This document shows, piece by piece, positions 54,496 to 64,000 of a DNA stretch of 64,000 bases. The notes under the pieces were generated by a model. That model ran no database searches and was not told the origin of the DNA. It was given only the letters and a program-made list of their open reading frames with translations. The DNA is taken from contig OY843751.1 of the NCBI GenBank assembly GCA_963693055.1, forward strand, positions 4,352,001-4,416,000, written 5' to 3'. How positions within the stretch are numbered: the stretch's first letter is position 1; each line of letters begins with the position of its first letter. This stretch comes from a bacterium (GTDB taxonomy: Bacteria; Zhuqueibacterota; Zhuqueibacteria; Residuimicrobiales; Krinioviventaceae). A program made the translations under genes and the position numbers.

Positions 54496-54684
54496 ATGAA
54501 GGCTGTAGTTGATCCGGATCTCTGCACAGGTTGCGAATTGTGTGTAGATACATGTCCAGAAGTTTTCGAAATGGATGACGATGTAGCAAAAGTTATTGTT
54601 GACCAGGTTCCTGCTGATTCAGAAGATGGTGCACAAGAAGCTGCTGAATCTTGTCCTGCAGAAGCTATTGCTATTGAAGACTAG
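54496..54684 (+). CDS. monocluster ferredoxin
   Basis: CTGCELC...CP, CPAEAI; GGAGG RBS. Confidence 0.93.
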   Translation: MKAVVDPDLCTGCELCVDTCPEVFEMDDDVAKVIVDQVPADSEDGAQEAAESCPAEAIAIED

Positions 54685-54714
54685 TAGCACTTTTTATCTT
54701 AATACAAATGTTAT

Positions 54715-54742
54715 GGCTGGCGCTTTGCCAGCCTTTTTTTTT
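54715..54742 (+). terminator. intrinsic terminator
   Basis: ggctggc-gcttt-gccagcc followed by a T run. Confidence 0.8.
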
Positions 54743-54790
54743 ATAGGTATGCCGATATTGAAACTAAACGCAATCGGATTCCTAAAATCA

Positions 54791-54847
54791 TTGACAATTA
54801 ATCCAGTAATTATTATATTCGTGAATAAATTTGAACCGGTTTAAATT
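54791..54847 (+). promoter_or_regulatory. sigma70 promoter with a LacI-type operator
   Basis: TTGACA (54791), 17-bp spacer, TATATT (54814); near-perfect palindrome aatttgaaccggtttaaatt (54828-54847) with central CG. Confidence 0.75.
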
Positions 54848-54866
54848 CAATATATTGGAGGTTAAT

Positions 54867-55856
54867 ATGCATTTCAAGTCTGTCAAGTGGCTTGTAGTAT
54901 TTACAATTTTTATATCTTTACTTTTTATGGGTTGTGGCGGCAGCGGTAAAAAAGTAGTAACTTTGAAAATAGCGCACGGTCTGAACGAACAACACCCGGT
55001 ACACAAAGGTATGGCGTTTATGGCCCAAAAAATCTTTGAACTTTCAGACTCTACCATGGTTATGAAAATTTTCCCCAACGAACAATTGGGTAATGAAAAA
55101 GAATGTATTGAGCAGCTCCAAATCGGTAGTCTGGATATGACCAAAGTATCAAGCAGCGCGCTTGAAAGTTTTGTTCCTGAAATGGGTGTATACGCAATGC
55201 CGTTTCTGTTCCGTGATGAAGCCCACAAATGGGCAGTATTTAACGGACCCATCGGACGCGAACTGTTAGACTCTGGCGAAAGCTCTGGCCTTAAAGGTCT
55301 GGTTTATTACGATGCCGGTGCACGTAGTTTTTACACCACCAAAGCACCTATCCTGAAACCCGAAGACCTCCAGGGTCTCAAAATCCGTACACAGCAGAGC
55401 CCAATGGCTATCAAAATGATCCAGGCTCTGGGTGGTTCAGCTACCCCCATCTCATGGGGCGAGCTCTATACTTCATTACAGCAGGGTGTTGTAGACGGTG
55501 CTGAAAACAATGCGCCCAGTTTGTATACCGCAAACCATTACGAAATTGCTAAACATTACAGTCTGGATGAACATACAGCAGTACCCGATGTTGTTCTTAT
55601 CAGCACCATCACATGGAACAAACTTACTCCCGAACAACAGCAGATTGTACAAAAAGCAGCCGAACTATCTGTTGATTACCAACGTAAAGTTTGGAAAGAA
55701 TTTGTTGATTCTTGCCTGAAAGAAATGGAAGAAAAAGGCCTAAAAGTTTACCATCCTGAAAAAGGCCCCTTTATAGAAAAAGGTAAAGAACTTTGGAAAG
55801 AGTTTGACGGCACCAAAATTGGTGATTTAACCAGCAGAATTCTTGAGGTACAATAA
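54867..55856 (+). CDS. dctP: TRAP transporter solute-binding lipoprotein (DctP family, sugar acids)
   Basis: Lipobox FMGC; DL.GLKIR, E.YTSLQQGVVDGAEN; GGAGG RBS. Confidence 0.94.
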   Translation: MHFKSVKWLVVFTIFISLLFMGCGGSGKKVVTLKIAHGLNEQHPVHKGMAFMAQKIFELSDSTMVMKIFPNEQLGNEKECIEQLQIGSLDMTKVSSSALESFVPEMGVYAMPFLFRDEAHKWAVFNGPIGRELLDSGESSGLKGLVYYDAGARSFYTTKAPILKPEDLQGLKIRTQQSPMAIKMIQALGGSATPISWGELYTSLQQGVVDGAENNAPSLYTANHYEIAKHYSLDEHTAVPDVVLISTITWNKLTPEQQQIVQKAAELSVDYQRKVWKEFVDSCLKEMEEKGLKVYHPEKGPFIEKGKELWKEFDGTKIGDLTSRILEVQ

Positions 55857-56344
55857 TGCTCTTAAAATTTAAATCAGGTCTAGATAAATCTTTAGAATAT
55901 TTAACAGCAGCGTCGATGGCCATTCTGGTCATCGATGTTACCTGGCAGGTTATTACCCGTTTCATCATGAAAAATCCCAGTTCATGGACTGAAGAACTGG
56001 CAATTTATTTGATGATCTGGGTAGGACTTTTGGGCTCTGCTGTAGCGCTGCATCGTCATGCGCACCTGGGTATTGATTACTTTGTTGGCAAACTTGAGCC
56101 CAAAAAAAGACTTTATACAGAAATTTTTGTATATGCGGTTGTTACATTTTTTGCAGTAACGGTTCTATGTATAGGAGGCGTTAAGCTGGTTTCCCTCACA
56201 CTTATGAAAAACCAGATCTCCCCCGCTTTGGGAATTCAGGTAGGCTATGTATATCTGGCGGTTCCAATTGCCGGATTCTTTATTACTATATATTGCATAG
56301 AATTTTTACTCAATACTTTTAAAACGATAAAAAGCATCAACTGA
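55856..56344 (+). CDS. dctQ: TRAP small permease
   Basis: QV.TRF, WTEELA, H.GID; four TM helices. Confidence 0.92.
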   Translation: MLLKFKSGLDKSLEYLTAASMAILVIDVTWQVITRFIMKNPSSWTEELAIYLMIWVGLLGSAVALHRHAHLGIDYFVGKLEPKKRLYTEIFVYAVVTFFAVTVLCIGGVKLVSLTLMKNQISPALGIQVGYVYLAVPIAGFFITIYCIEFLLNTFKTIKSIN

Positions 56345-56372
56345 ACGAATATCTAAATATACAGGAATATTT

Positions 56373-57671
56373 ATGGACTGGCCCCTAATTACTTTATTAT
56401 TAACATTTTTGATATTACTGGTTTTAAATGTACCTATTGCGTTTTCAATCGGATTGTCCACATTATTCACCATTTTTGCGATCGGCGGACTGCCTGCATT
56501 TCAACTTGTTGCGCATTCCATTACAACGGGTATAGACAGCTTTGCTCTGCTGGCTATTCCCTTTTTCATTCTAGCCGGACAGCTCATGGGACGTGGTGGA
56601 ATTGCTCGCCGTTTAATCGACTTTGCGAATGTGCTGGTTGGTCGATTTCCGGGTGGACTTTCTTATGTGAATATCATGACATGTATGTTCTTTGGTGCAA
56701 TTTCCGGTTCTGCGGTTGCCGCGGTTTCCAGTGTGGGTGGTTTCATGATCCCGCTGATGAACAAAGAGGGTTATGATCGCGACTTTAATGCATCTGTAAC
56801 CATTACTGCTGCTACAACCGGTCTTTTAATTCCACCAAGCAACGTTATGATTGTTTACTCTTTGGCAACCGGTGGTGCGGTTTCTATTGCTGCTATCTTT
56901 TTAGCGGGTTTTCTGCCCGGCATTTTGATGGGTCTTGGCCTTATGGTTGTGAGTGGTTTTATTTCAATCAAAAAAGGTTATGGCAAAGGTGTTACCTTTG
57001 GCTTTAAAGAAAGTATTGTAAAATTCTTTGTTGCAATACCGGCACTGTTTCTGATTGTATTGGTTATGGGTGGTATTCTTGCAGGTATTTTCACTGCAAC
57101 TGAAGCTTCTGCCATTGCTGTGGTTTATGCGTTTTTCCTCTCGGTTTTTGTGTATCGTGAAGTAAAACTCAAAGATCTGCCAGACATCTTTTTGCAATCA
57201 GGTATTACCACAGCCGTGGTTATGCTGCTCATTGGAACATCTATGGCAATGTCTTGGGTACTCGCGTATCAGAGTATTCCACAAGACATTAGTTCGGGCT
57301 TGTTGAGTATTAGCAACAATCCTATCATCATTCTGTTAATCATCAACTTGTTGTTGTTGTTCGTCGGAACATTTATGGACATGACCCCGGCGGTATTGAT
57401 CTTTACACCCATCTTTTTACCCATCGTTATGAATCTGGGTGTACACCCCATTCATTTCGGTATTGTAATGATCATGAACCTTTGTATCGGTATCTGTACT
57501 CCACCGGTAGGCTCTTGTCTTTTTGTAGGATGTGGTATTGCAGAAACCACTATTACCAAAGTAATTCGCCATATATTACCATTCTTCATGGCGATGATTA
57601 TTGTATTGTTCATTGTAACGTATATACCCAAAATATCATTGCTGGTACCAAGTTGGTTCGGCTTTAAATAA
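56373..57671 (+). CDS. dctM: TRAP large permease
   Basis: LLAIPFFILAG, GAISGSAVA, LIPPS, TATEAS, TPPVG. Confidence 0.95.
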   Translation: MDWPLITLLLTFLILLVLNVPIAFSIGLSTLFTIFAIGGLPAFQLVAHSITTGIDSFALLAIPFFILAGQLMGRGGIARRLIDFANVLVGRFPGGLSYVNIMTCMFFGAISGSAVAAVSSVGGFMIPLMNKEGYDRDFNASVTITAATTGLLIPPSNVMIVYSLATGGAVSIAAIFLAGFLPGILMGLGLMVVSGFISIKKGYGKGVTFGFKESIVKFFVAIPALFLIVLVMGGILAGIFTATEASAIAVVYAFFLSVFVYREVKLKDLPDIFLQSGITTAVVMLLIGTSMAMSWVLAYQSIPQDISSGLLSISNNPIIILLIINLLLLFVGTFMDMTPAVLIFTPIFLPIVMNLGVHPIHFGIVMIMNLCIGICTPPVGSCLFVGCGIAETTITKVIRHILPFFMAMIIVLFIVTYIPKISLLVPSWFGFK

Positions 57672-57691
57672 AAAACTGACTGGTCCCTAAA

Positions 57692-58741
57692 ATGCCAATG
57701 ACTATAGGTGATATTGCAAAATTAGCAGGAGTGTCGCGGGCTACCGTTTCAGGTGTGTTAAATAACAGCCCTACGGTTAGCAAGAAAACACATGAACGGG
57801 TTATGGCGATAATCAAGGAACACAATTATCGTCCAAACGAAGTTGCCCGCGCTCTAGCTCTCAACAAAACAGGAATACTTGGACTGTTGGTAAAAGATGT
57901 ATCTAATCCGCTCTACAGCAAACTTGCCCTGGGTGTTGAAGAAATTTGTGATGAAAATGAATACAATCTGATTATCAGCAACTCTCATGTAGACTGGGAG
58001 CGACAGGTAAAAACAATCAATCTGTTAAAACGCAGACGGGTTGACGGATTAATCATTTTCCCGTTGCAAAAAGGTCATGATCCTGTTCAGATCAAAGACC
58101 TGCAAAAAGACAAGTTCCCATTTGTGCTGCTGGCTGAATTGCCAGGCATTGAAGCGGATCTTGTAAGAGTAGATGATGAAAGTGGTTCGTATCAGGCTAC
58201 ATCGCATCTATTAAAACTCGGTCGCAAACATATCGCCTACATCAGCGGTCCCGATCTTGCTCTTGCCAGTGAACGCCGCTTAAAGGGATATAAAAAAGCA
58301 TTATCACATTATGACGTACCCTTTGATGAAAAAATGATCCGAAAAGGTGGATGGCGTCTTGATGATGGCTATAATGCAGGCCTGGAATTATTGAGCTGTG
58401 ATTTTCAATGTCCGGATGCTGTATTCTGTTATAATGATTCGGTGGCTATCGGATTAATCAGGGCATTTACGGAACGCGGGAAACGTGTTCCCGAAGATGT
58501 TTCAGTAATCGGTTTTGACGACACGGGAGTAGCATCATATTTAGAAACATCTTTGACAACAGTGGCTCAACCCGCAAAGGAAATAGGCCGAAAAGCAACA
58601 GAATTGCTTTTAAAGCGTATCAAAAACCGGAACAAAACAGTTAAACCGCATAAAATTCTGATTAATACACATTTGATGGTACGTGAAACTTGCGGCGCAA
58701 ATTTAAAAGGCAGTGTTAAAGCACAGGTTCCAATAGATTAA
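57692..58741 (+). CDS. LacI-family transcriptional regulator
   Basis: TIGDIAKLAGVSRATVS, Y.PN..ARAL, GFDD, LTTV.QP. Confidence 0.96.
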   Translation: MPMTIGDIAKLAGVSRATVSGVLNNSPTVSKKTHERVMAIIKEHNYRPNEVARALALNKTGILGLLVKDVSNPLYSKLALGVEEICDENEYNLIISNSHVDWERQVKTINLLKRRRVDGLIIFPLQKGHDPVQIKDLQKDKFPFVLLAELPGIEADLVRVDDESGSYQATSHLLKLGRKHIAYISGPDLALASERRLKGYKKALSHYDVPFDEKMIRKGGWRLDDGYNAGLELLSCDFQCPDAVFCYNDSVAIGLIRAFTERGKRVPEDVSVIGFDDTGVASYLETSLTTVAQPAKEIGRKATELLLKRIKNRNKTVKPHKILINTHLMVRETCGANLKGSVKAQVPID

Positions 58742-58907
58742 TACTGTTTTGCTTGTTTGACGTTTAATTATCATTCAGTTTTTTAAATTCGGGCTTTATC
58801 GAAAATTAATGAAAACTGAATCGTTTTAAAAATATGTTATTTATATTAACAAATGCAGCAGATCAATCCAAGATTTGTTGCATCCCCGATTAGACTGGAG
58901 GTATTTA

Positions 58908-59687
58908 TTGAGTTACGTAGAAAACATGTTTAGTTTAAAAGGACAGGTTGCCGCCGTTATTGGTGGTGCAGGCGTACTTGCCGGTGAAATGGCTAACGGA
59001 CTGGCAAAAGCCGGTGCGGATGTTGCCATTCTTGACCTAAACCTTGAAAATGCAGAAAAAATGGCAGCGTCTATTCGCGAGCATGGTGTTAAATCCATCG
59101 CAATCAAGGTAGATGCTACATTAAAATCTGATCTTGAAAATGCAGAAGCACAAATTCGCAAAGAACTGGGAACCACCAGCATATTAATCAATGCGCCTGG
59201 TATCAATTCCAGCACCCCGTTTTTTGAAATTACAGAAAACGAATGGGACAAGATTATTCAAGTCAATTTAAAAAGTATTTTTATGGCTTGCCAGATTTTT
59301 GCAAAACAAATGATAGATGACAAGGTCAAAGGCAGCATTATCAATATTTCTTCTGCTTCTTCAGGCCCACCACTCTCCAAAGTTTTCACATATGGCGTAA
59401 GCAAGGCAGGAATAAATAATATGACACAATACCTTGCACGCGAATGGGCTACACAAGGTGTACGTGTAAATGCAATTGCACCCGGATTTTTTCCGGCAGA
59501 ACAAAACCGCAAGATCCTGACCCCGGAACGTACAGAATCCATTATGCGCCATACTCCAATGGACCGTTTTGGTGATGCAGAAGAGTTGGTTGGCGCTACA
59601 ATCTGGTTGTCATCTGAAAAAGCCGCATCTTTTGTTACCGGCGCGCTGATCCGCGTTGATGGTGGCTATACAGCAATGACAATATAA
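58908..59687 (+). CDS. SDR oxidoreductase (D-mannonate oxidoreductase/KduD-like)
   Basis: [33 protein letters not shown]; TTG start after GGAGG inferred. Confidence 0.88.
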   Translation: MSYVENMFSLKGQVAAVIGGAGVLAGEMANGLAKAGADVAILDLNLENAEKMAASIREHGVKSIAIKVDATLKSDLENAEAQIRKELGTTSILINAPGINSSTPFFEITENEWDKIIQVNLKSIFMACQIFAKQMIDDKVKGSIINISSASSGPPLSKVFTYGVSKAGINNMTQYLAREWATQGVRVNAIAPGFFPAEQNRKILTPERTESIMRHTPMDRFGDAEELVGATIWLSSEKAASFVTGALIRVDGGYTAMTI

Positions 59688-59730
59688 TATTAAATTTAAC
59701 ATAAAAGTGATAGAGAAGGAGATTTACAAT

Positions 59731-61185
59731 ATGAGCAAATGTGATATCGGCCTGATTGGTTTGGCCGTTATGGGCGAAAACTTGATTTTAAATATGGAAA
59801 GCCATGGCTATTCAGTTGCAGTTTTCAACCGTACAACTAAAAAAGTTGATGATTTTATGAACGGTCGCGCCAAAGATAAAAACATCGTTGGCTGTTACAG
59901 TATTGAAGAACTGGTTTCTAACCTGAAAGCTCCTCGACGTGTTATGTTGATGGTTAAAGCCGGTAAACCGGTTGATGATTTTATTGAAATGATCATCCCC
60001 CATTTAGACAAAGGTGATATCATTATCGATGGTGGTAACAGTCATTTCCCGGACACCATTCGTCGCACCCAGTACCTCGAAGAAAAAGGCCTGCAATATA
60101 TCGGTACCGGTGTTTCCGGTGGCGAAGAAGGCGCCCTCAAAGGTCCTTCAATCATGCCCGGTGGTTCACCAGACGCATGGCCGCATGTTAAAGATATTTT
60201 CCAGGATATTTCTGCCAAAGCTATGGGTGGCGAACCTTGCTGTCAATGGGTTGGCAGCGATGGTGCAGGTCACTTTGTAAAAATGGTACACAACGGTATT
60301 GAATATGGTGACATGCAGATGATCTGTGAAGCCTACTCTTTAATGAAAAATGTTCTTGGTTTATCATATGAAGAAATGCACAAAATCTTTGATGAATGGA
60401 ACAAAGGCGAACTGGATAGCTATCTCATCGAAATTACCCGTGATATTATGGCTAAAAAAGATGAAGAAACCGGCAAAGCCATGCCAGAAGTTATTCTTGA
60501 CACTGCTGGCCAAAAAGGTACCGGAAAATGGACCAGTATTGCAGCATTGGATATAGGTATTCCCGCGCAGACTGTAGCCGAAGCTGTATTCGCACGTACC
60601 ATGAGCGCAATCAAAGAAGAACGCGTTGCCGCATCTAAAGAACTCAAAGGACCGGATGTTAAATTTGACGGCAACAAGGAAGAATTTATTGAAATGATTC
60701 GTAAAGCATTGTACGCTTCCAAGATCTGTTCCTACGCTCAGGGATATCAATTGATTAGAGCTGCAGCAGCTGAATACAACTGGGACCTGAAATATGGTGA
60801 AATCGCTCTGATGTGGCGTGAAGGTTGTATCATCCGCGCGCAATTCCTCGGAAAAATCAAAGAAGCTTTTGACAATAACCCTGAATTAGCAAACTTGCTG
60901 CTTGATCCGTACTTTAAAGGTATCATTGAAGATAATCAGAAAGCATGGAGAGCTGTTATTTCCAAAGCTGTTGAAATGGGTATTCCTGTACCTGCTTTCA
61001 GTAGCGCGTTATCTTATTTTGACGGTTACCGCAGTGACAGATTACCCGCTAATTTACTGCAGGCACAACGCGATTATTTTGGCGCTCACACCTACGAACG
61101 TGTTGATAAACCTCGCGGCGAATATTTCCATACAAACTGGACAGGCCGTGGAGGCAGCACATCAGCTTCTACTTATGTAGCCTAG
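59731..61185 (+). CDS. gnd: 6-phosphogluconate dehydrogenase (decarboxylating), paralog 2
   Basis: [39 protein letters not shown]. Confidence 0.96.
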   Translation: MSKCDIGLIGLAVMGENLILNMESHGYSVAVFNRTTKKVDDFMNGRAKDKNIVGCYSIEELVSNLKAPRRVMLMVKAGKPVDDFIEMIIPHLDKGDIIIDGGNSHFPDTIRRTQYLEEKGLQYIGTGVSGGEEGALKGPSIMPGGSPDAWPHVKDIFQDISAKAMGGEPCCQWVGSDGAGHFVKMVHNGIEYGDMQMICEAYSLMKNVLGLSYEEMHKIFDEWNKGELDSYLIEITRDIMAKKDEETGKAMPEVILDTAGQKGTGKWTSIAALDIGIPAQTVAEAVFARTMSAIKEERVAASKELKGPDVKFDGNKEEFIEMIRKALYASKICSYAQGYQLIRAAAAEYNWDLKYGEIALMWREGCIIRAQFLGKIKEAFDNNPELANLLLDPYFKGIIEDNQKAWRAVISKAVEMGIPVPAFSSALSYFDGYRSDRLPANLLQAQRDYFGAHTYERVDKPRGEYFHTNWTGRGGSTSASTYVA

Positions 61186-61193
61186 TTTTTTTC

Positions 61194-61225
61194 AGACCTT
61201 TGGGTGACAAACCCAAAGGTCTTTT
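61194..61225 (+). terminator. hairpin terminator after gnd
   Basis: agacctttgggt-gacaa-acccaaaggtct followed by ttt. Confidence 0.65.
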
Positions 61226-61270
61226 ATTACAAAAGAATGATAATATCAATATTATAATTACAGGTATAAA

Positions 61271-62530
61271 ATGGTAACAGGATTCGGTTCTACAGAAAAA
61301 AAGCTCGACGTAAAACAGATACTAGATATCTGTACCGAGGGTTTCAAAAATTATGATTTAGAAAATAAAAAAATTCTTGCGGTAATTCCAGACCATTCAC
61401 GCACAGCTCCCATTGATGTTATGTTTCGTACGGTATATGGATTGCTGGCTGACAAGGTGGAATTGCTGGACTTTATTGTAGCATTGGGTACTCATCCCCC
61501 AATGACGGATGAAGCAATCAACCATCGTGTTGGCATTACCCAGGAAGAAAGAACCACAACCTATCCCAAAGCTCGCTTTTTTAATCATCACTGGAAAGAT
61601 CCCAACCAGCTTGCAGTCATTGGTACACTTTCAGAAGATAAAGTTTCTGAAATTTCAAATGGACTGTTAAAGCAAAAAGTTGACATTACCATCAACAAAA
61701 TGGTGCTGGATTACGATTATATTCTCATCATTGGTCCCACATTTCCGCACGAAGTTGTTGGATTCTCTGGTGGCACCAAATACCTGTTCCCCGGAATTGC
61801 GGGACAGGAAATTATAGACATGTTCCACTGGCTGGGTGCGCTCATTACGAATCCCAAAATTATCGGTACAAAATATACCCCGGTCCGCAAGGTGGTTGAT
61901 GAAGCAGCTAAAATGCTCCCCGTCAAACAAATTTGTGCAAGTCTGGTTGTCAAGGGATACGATCTGGCAGGCTTGTATATTGGTGATCCCAAAAAAGCAT
62001 GGGAAAATGCTTCAGACCTGTCAGACAAACTTCATATTGTATATAAAGACAAACCCTTTCATACGGTACTCTCTTGTGCGCCTGAAATGTATGATGATCT
62101 ATGGACAGGTGGCAAGTGCATGTATAAACTTGAACCTGTGGTTGCTGACGGTGGCGAATTGATCATTTATGCACCACATATCAAAAAAGTCTCTATTACC
62201 CATGGCGAGCACATTGAAAAAATCGGTTATCACGTTAGAGATTATTTTGTAAAACAGATGGAAAAATTTACAGATGTACCAGGTGGTGTAATGGCACATT
62301 CCACGCATGTTCGTGGTATTGGTACTTTTGAAGACGGTGTGGAAAAGCCAAGAATTAAAGTAACTCTTGCAACTCAAATTCCACCAGAGGTCTGTGAAAA
62401 AATCAACATGGGATATCGTGATCCCAATACTATAAATAAAAATGATTTCATGGATCGTGAAGATGAAGGCATTTTATATGTTGCCAAAGCAGGTGAAATG
62501 CTTTACAGACTCAAAGATGATCCATTTTAA
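61271..62530 (+). CDS. LarA-family (nickel-pincer) racemase/epimerase
   Basis: PDHSRT, ALGTH, NHHW, FPHEVVGFSGG.K...PG. Confidence 0.88.
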   Translation: MVTGFGSTEKKLDVKQILDICTEGFKNYDLENKKILAVIPDHSRTAPIDVMFRTVYGLLADKVELLDFIVALGTHPPMTDEAINHRVGITQEERTTTYPKARFFNHHWKDPNQLAVIGTLSEDKVSEISNGLLKQKVDITINKMVLDYDYILIIGPTFPHEVVGFSGGTKYLFPGIAGQEIIDMFHWLGALITNPKIIGTKYTPVRKVVDEAAKMLPVKQICASLVVKGYDLAGLYIGDPKKAWENASDLSDKLHIVYKDKPFHTVLSCAPEMYDDLWTGGKCMYKLEPVVADGGELIIYAPHIKKVSITHGEHIEKIGYHVRDYFVKQMEKFTDVPGGVMAHSTHVRGIGTFEDGVEKPRIKVTLATQIPPEVCEKINMGYRDPNTINKNDFMDREDEGILYVAKAGEMLYRLKDDPF

Positions 62531-62570
62531 ACAAGATAGAAAATAAATAGAAATATGTGGAGGATTTGCA

Positions 62571-63860
62571 ATGCCGGCAAATAAAAATGTGGTTGTTGCT
62601 CAATCCGGTGGTCCGTCTCCGGTTATCAATAATACCCTGCGTGGTATTATTGAAACATGTAAAATGTTTCCGGATAAATTTGAAAAAATTTACGGCGGAT
62701 GGCATGGTATTGAAGGTGTGTTAAAAGAAGAATTGTTGGATATCTCTGCCCAAAAAGAAGAAGAAATCAGCTTGCTTCGTAATACCCCCGCTGCAGGTTC
62801 TATCGGTTCCTGCCGCTATAAACTCAAAGCCCATCAGGAAGAAGATTTCGAACGGGTTGTTGAAGTTTTAAAAGCACACAATGTGGGCTATTTTTTCTAT
62901 ATCGGTGGAAACGATTCCATGGATACCGCCAACAAAATCGCCAAACTGGCCCATGAACGGGGTTTGGATTTGATCGCAATAGGTGGATCCAAAACTATTG
63001 ATAACGATGTAGGTGACTCTGAATTTAAACTGATTGATCATACACCCGGTTACGGTAGTGTTGCCAGATACTGGGCATTGAATGTTCAAAACGCAAATGA
63101 AGAAAATCTGGGTTCAAGCCCGGCAGATCCGGTACTCGTTTTACAGGCAATGGGCCGCAAAATCGGTTTTATTCCTGCTGCTGCCCGTCTCGCTGATCCT
63201 AAACGAGAAATGCCTTTGCAGATTTATATGCCAGAATCAGAATTAACACTTGATGAATTGACCGATAATGTAAACGATGAATTAAACAAAAGCGGTCGCT
63301 GCGTTGTGGTTGTAAGTGAAGGTTTGAATGTAGGTGACATTGGCGAAGTTAAAGACTCTTTTGGTCACACCGAATTCAGTTCCAGCATGTTTACTGCTCA
63401 ACAGGTAGTAGTTAACCATCTGAACAAAGTAGGTATCAAAGCCAAAGGTGCCGCGCGCGGCCAGGTTTCGGGTACTGATCAGAGAGATACAATCATCTAT
63501 GCTTCAACTGTTGATCTGGATGAATCATACAAAGTAGGACAAAATTGTGTTGTGATCGCTTTGGAACACGGTTCAGGTTACATGTCTACAATTTTGCGTA
63601 AACCCGGCCTTATTTATAATGTCGATTTTGATAAAGTTCCTCTCGATCTGGTTGCCAATTCAGAAAGAGAATTCCCCAAAGAATGGATTGCAGCAAATAA
63701 ATATGATGTAACCGATGAATTTGTCAAATACGCACGCCCATTGATTGGTGAAGATTGGGTGAGTGTACCCAAAATTAACGGATTGCAACGGTTTGCACGT
63801 TTTGAAAAAATATTTGCCGGACAAAAATTACCCAAATATGTTCCGGAAGGTGAACGTTAA
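62571..63860 (+). CDS. PfkA-superfamily kinase, PPi-dependent type
   Basis: QSGGPSPVIN, GSCR, GGNDSMDT (Asp typical of PPi users), KTIDND, MGR. Confidence 0.85.
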   Translation: MPANKNVVVAQSGGPSPVINNTLRGIIETCKMFPDKFEKIYGGWHGIEGVLKEELLDISAQKEEEISLLRNTPAAGSIGSCRYKLKAHQEEDFERVVEVLKAHNVGYFFYIGGNDSMDTANKIAKLAHERGLDLIAIGGSKTIDNDVGDSEFKLIDHTPGYGSVARYWALNVQNANEENLGSSPADPVLVLQAMGRKIGFIPAAARLADPKREMPLQIYMPESELTLDELTDNVNDELNKSGRCVVVVSEGLNVGDIGEVKDSFGHTEFSSSMFTAQQVVVNHLNKVGIKAKGAARGQVSGTDQRDTIIYASTVDLDESYKVGQNCVVIALEHGSGYMSTILRKPGLIYNVDFDKVPLDLVANSEREFPKEWIAANKYDVTDEFVKYARPLIGEDWVSVPKINGLQRFARFEKIFAGQKLPKYVPEGER

Positions 63861-63898
63861 GCAGTAATTCTAAACGATAAACAAAAGGAAAAAACCAT

Positions 63899-64000
63899 AT
63901 GTCTGATCCACAATCGGTTCTGAAAGCTATGGAACCTAAACATAAATTTCTTATCGCCATTGACTCTGATGGTTGTGCTTTTGATTCAATGGAAATTAAA
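63899..64000 (+). CDS. HAD-family hydrolase, N-terminus only (truncated by the window)
   Basis: MSDPQ...IAIDSDGCAFDSMEIK with the DxDG motif. Confidence 0.75.
   Translation, partial: MSDPQSVLKAMEPKHKFLIAIDSDGCAFDSMEIK

Overview
Chromosomal window from a probably anaerobic diderm bacterium. The gene content suggests an FCB-type lineage such as KSB1 or Calditrichota, but this is inference. The left end is an AT-rich island with an IS256, an IS5 and a three-gene operon built around a KGGVGR-variant ParA/MinD ATPase, followed by a damaged DUF4160/DUF2442 toxin-antitoxin pair. A long minus-strand housekeeping block follows (spoIID-like, era, proS, regulatory PTS, hprK, hpf, xerC, topA-like, smg, secA, nusB, ilvE, recJ, rnpB). 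Further on are an Omp85/DUF4390/two-component operon, a Rex-linked hfs-type [FeFe]-hydrogenase operon, a helicase plus small Cys/His protein insertion, and a TRAP/SDR/gnd/LarA/PFK/HAD sugar-acid cluster. Most striking: (1) a 2076-aa SecA whose helical wing domain is repeated about 6 times at ~89-aa periodicity and whose PPXD hairpin module is repeated about 9 times; (2) a TopA at its usual locus that has lost nearly all catalytic motifs; (3) two candidate undescribed defence/conflict modules. All calls come from reading motifs by eye; no database searches were run.
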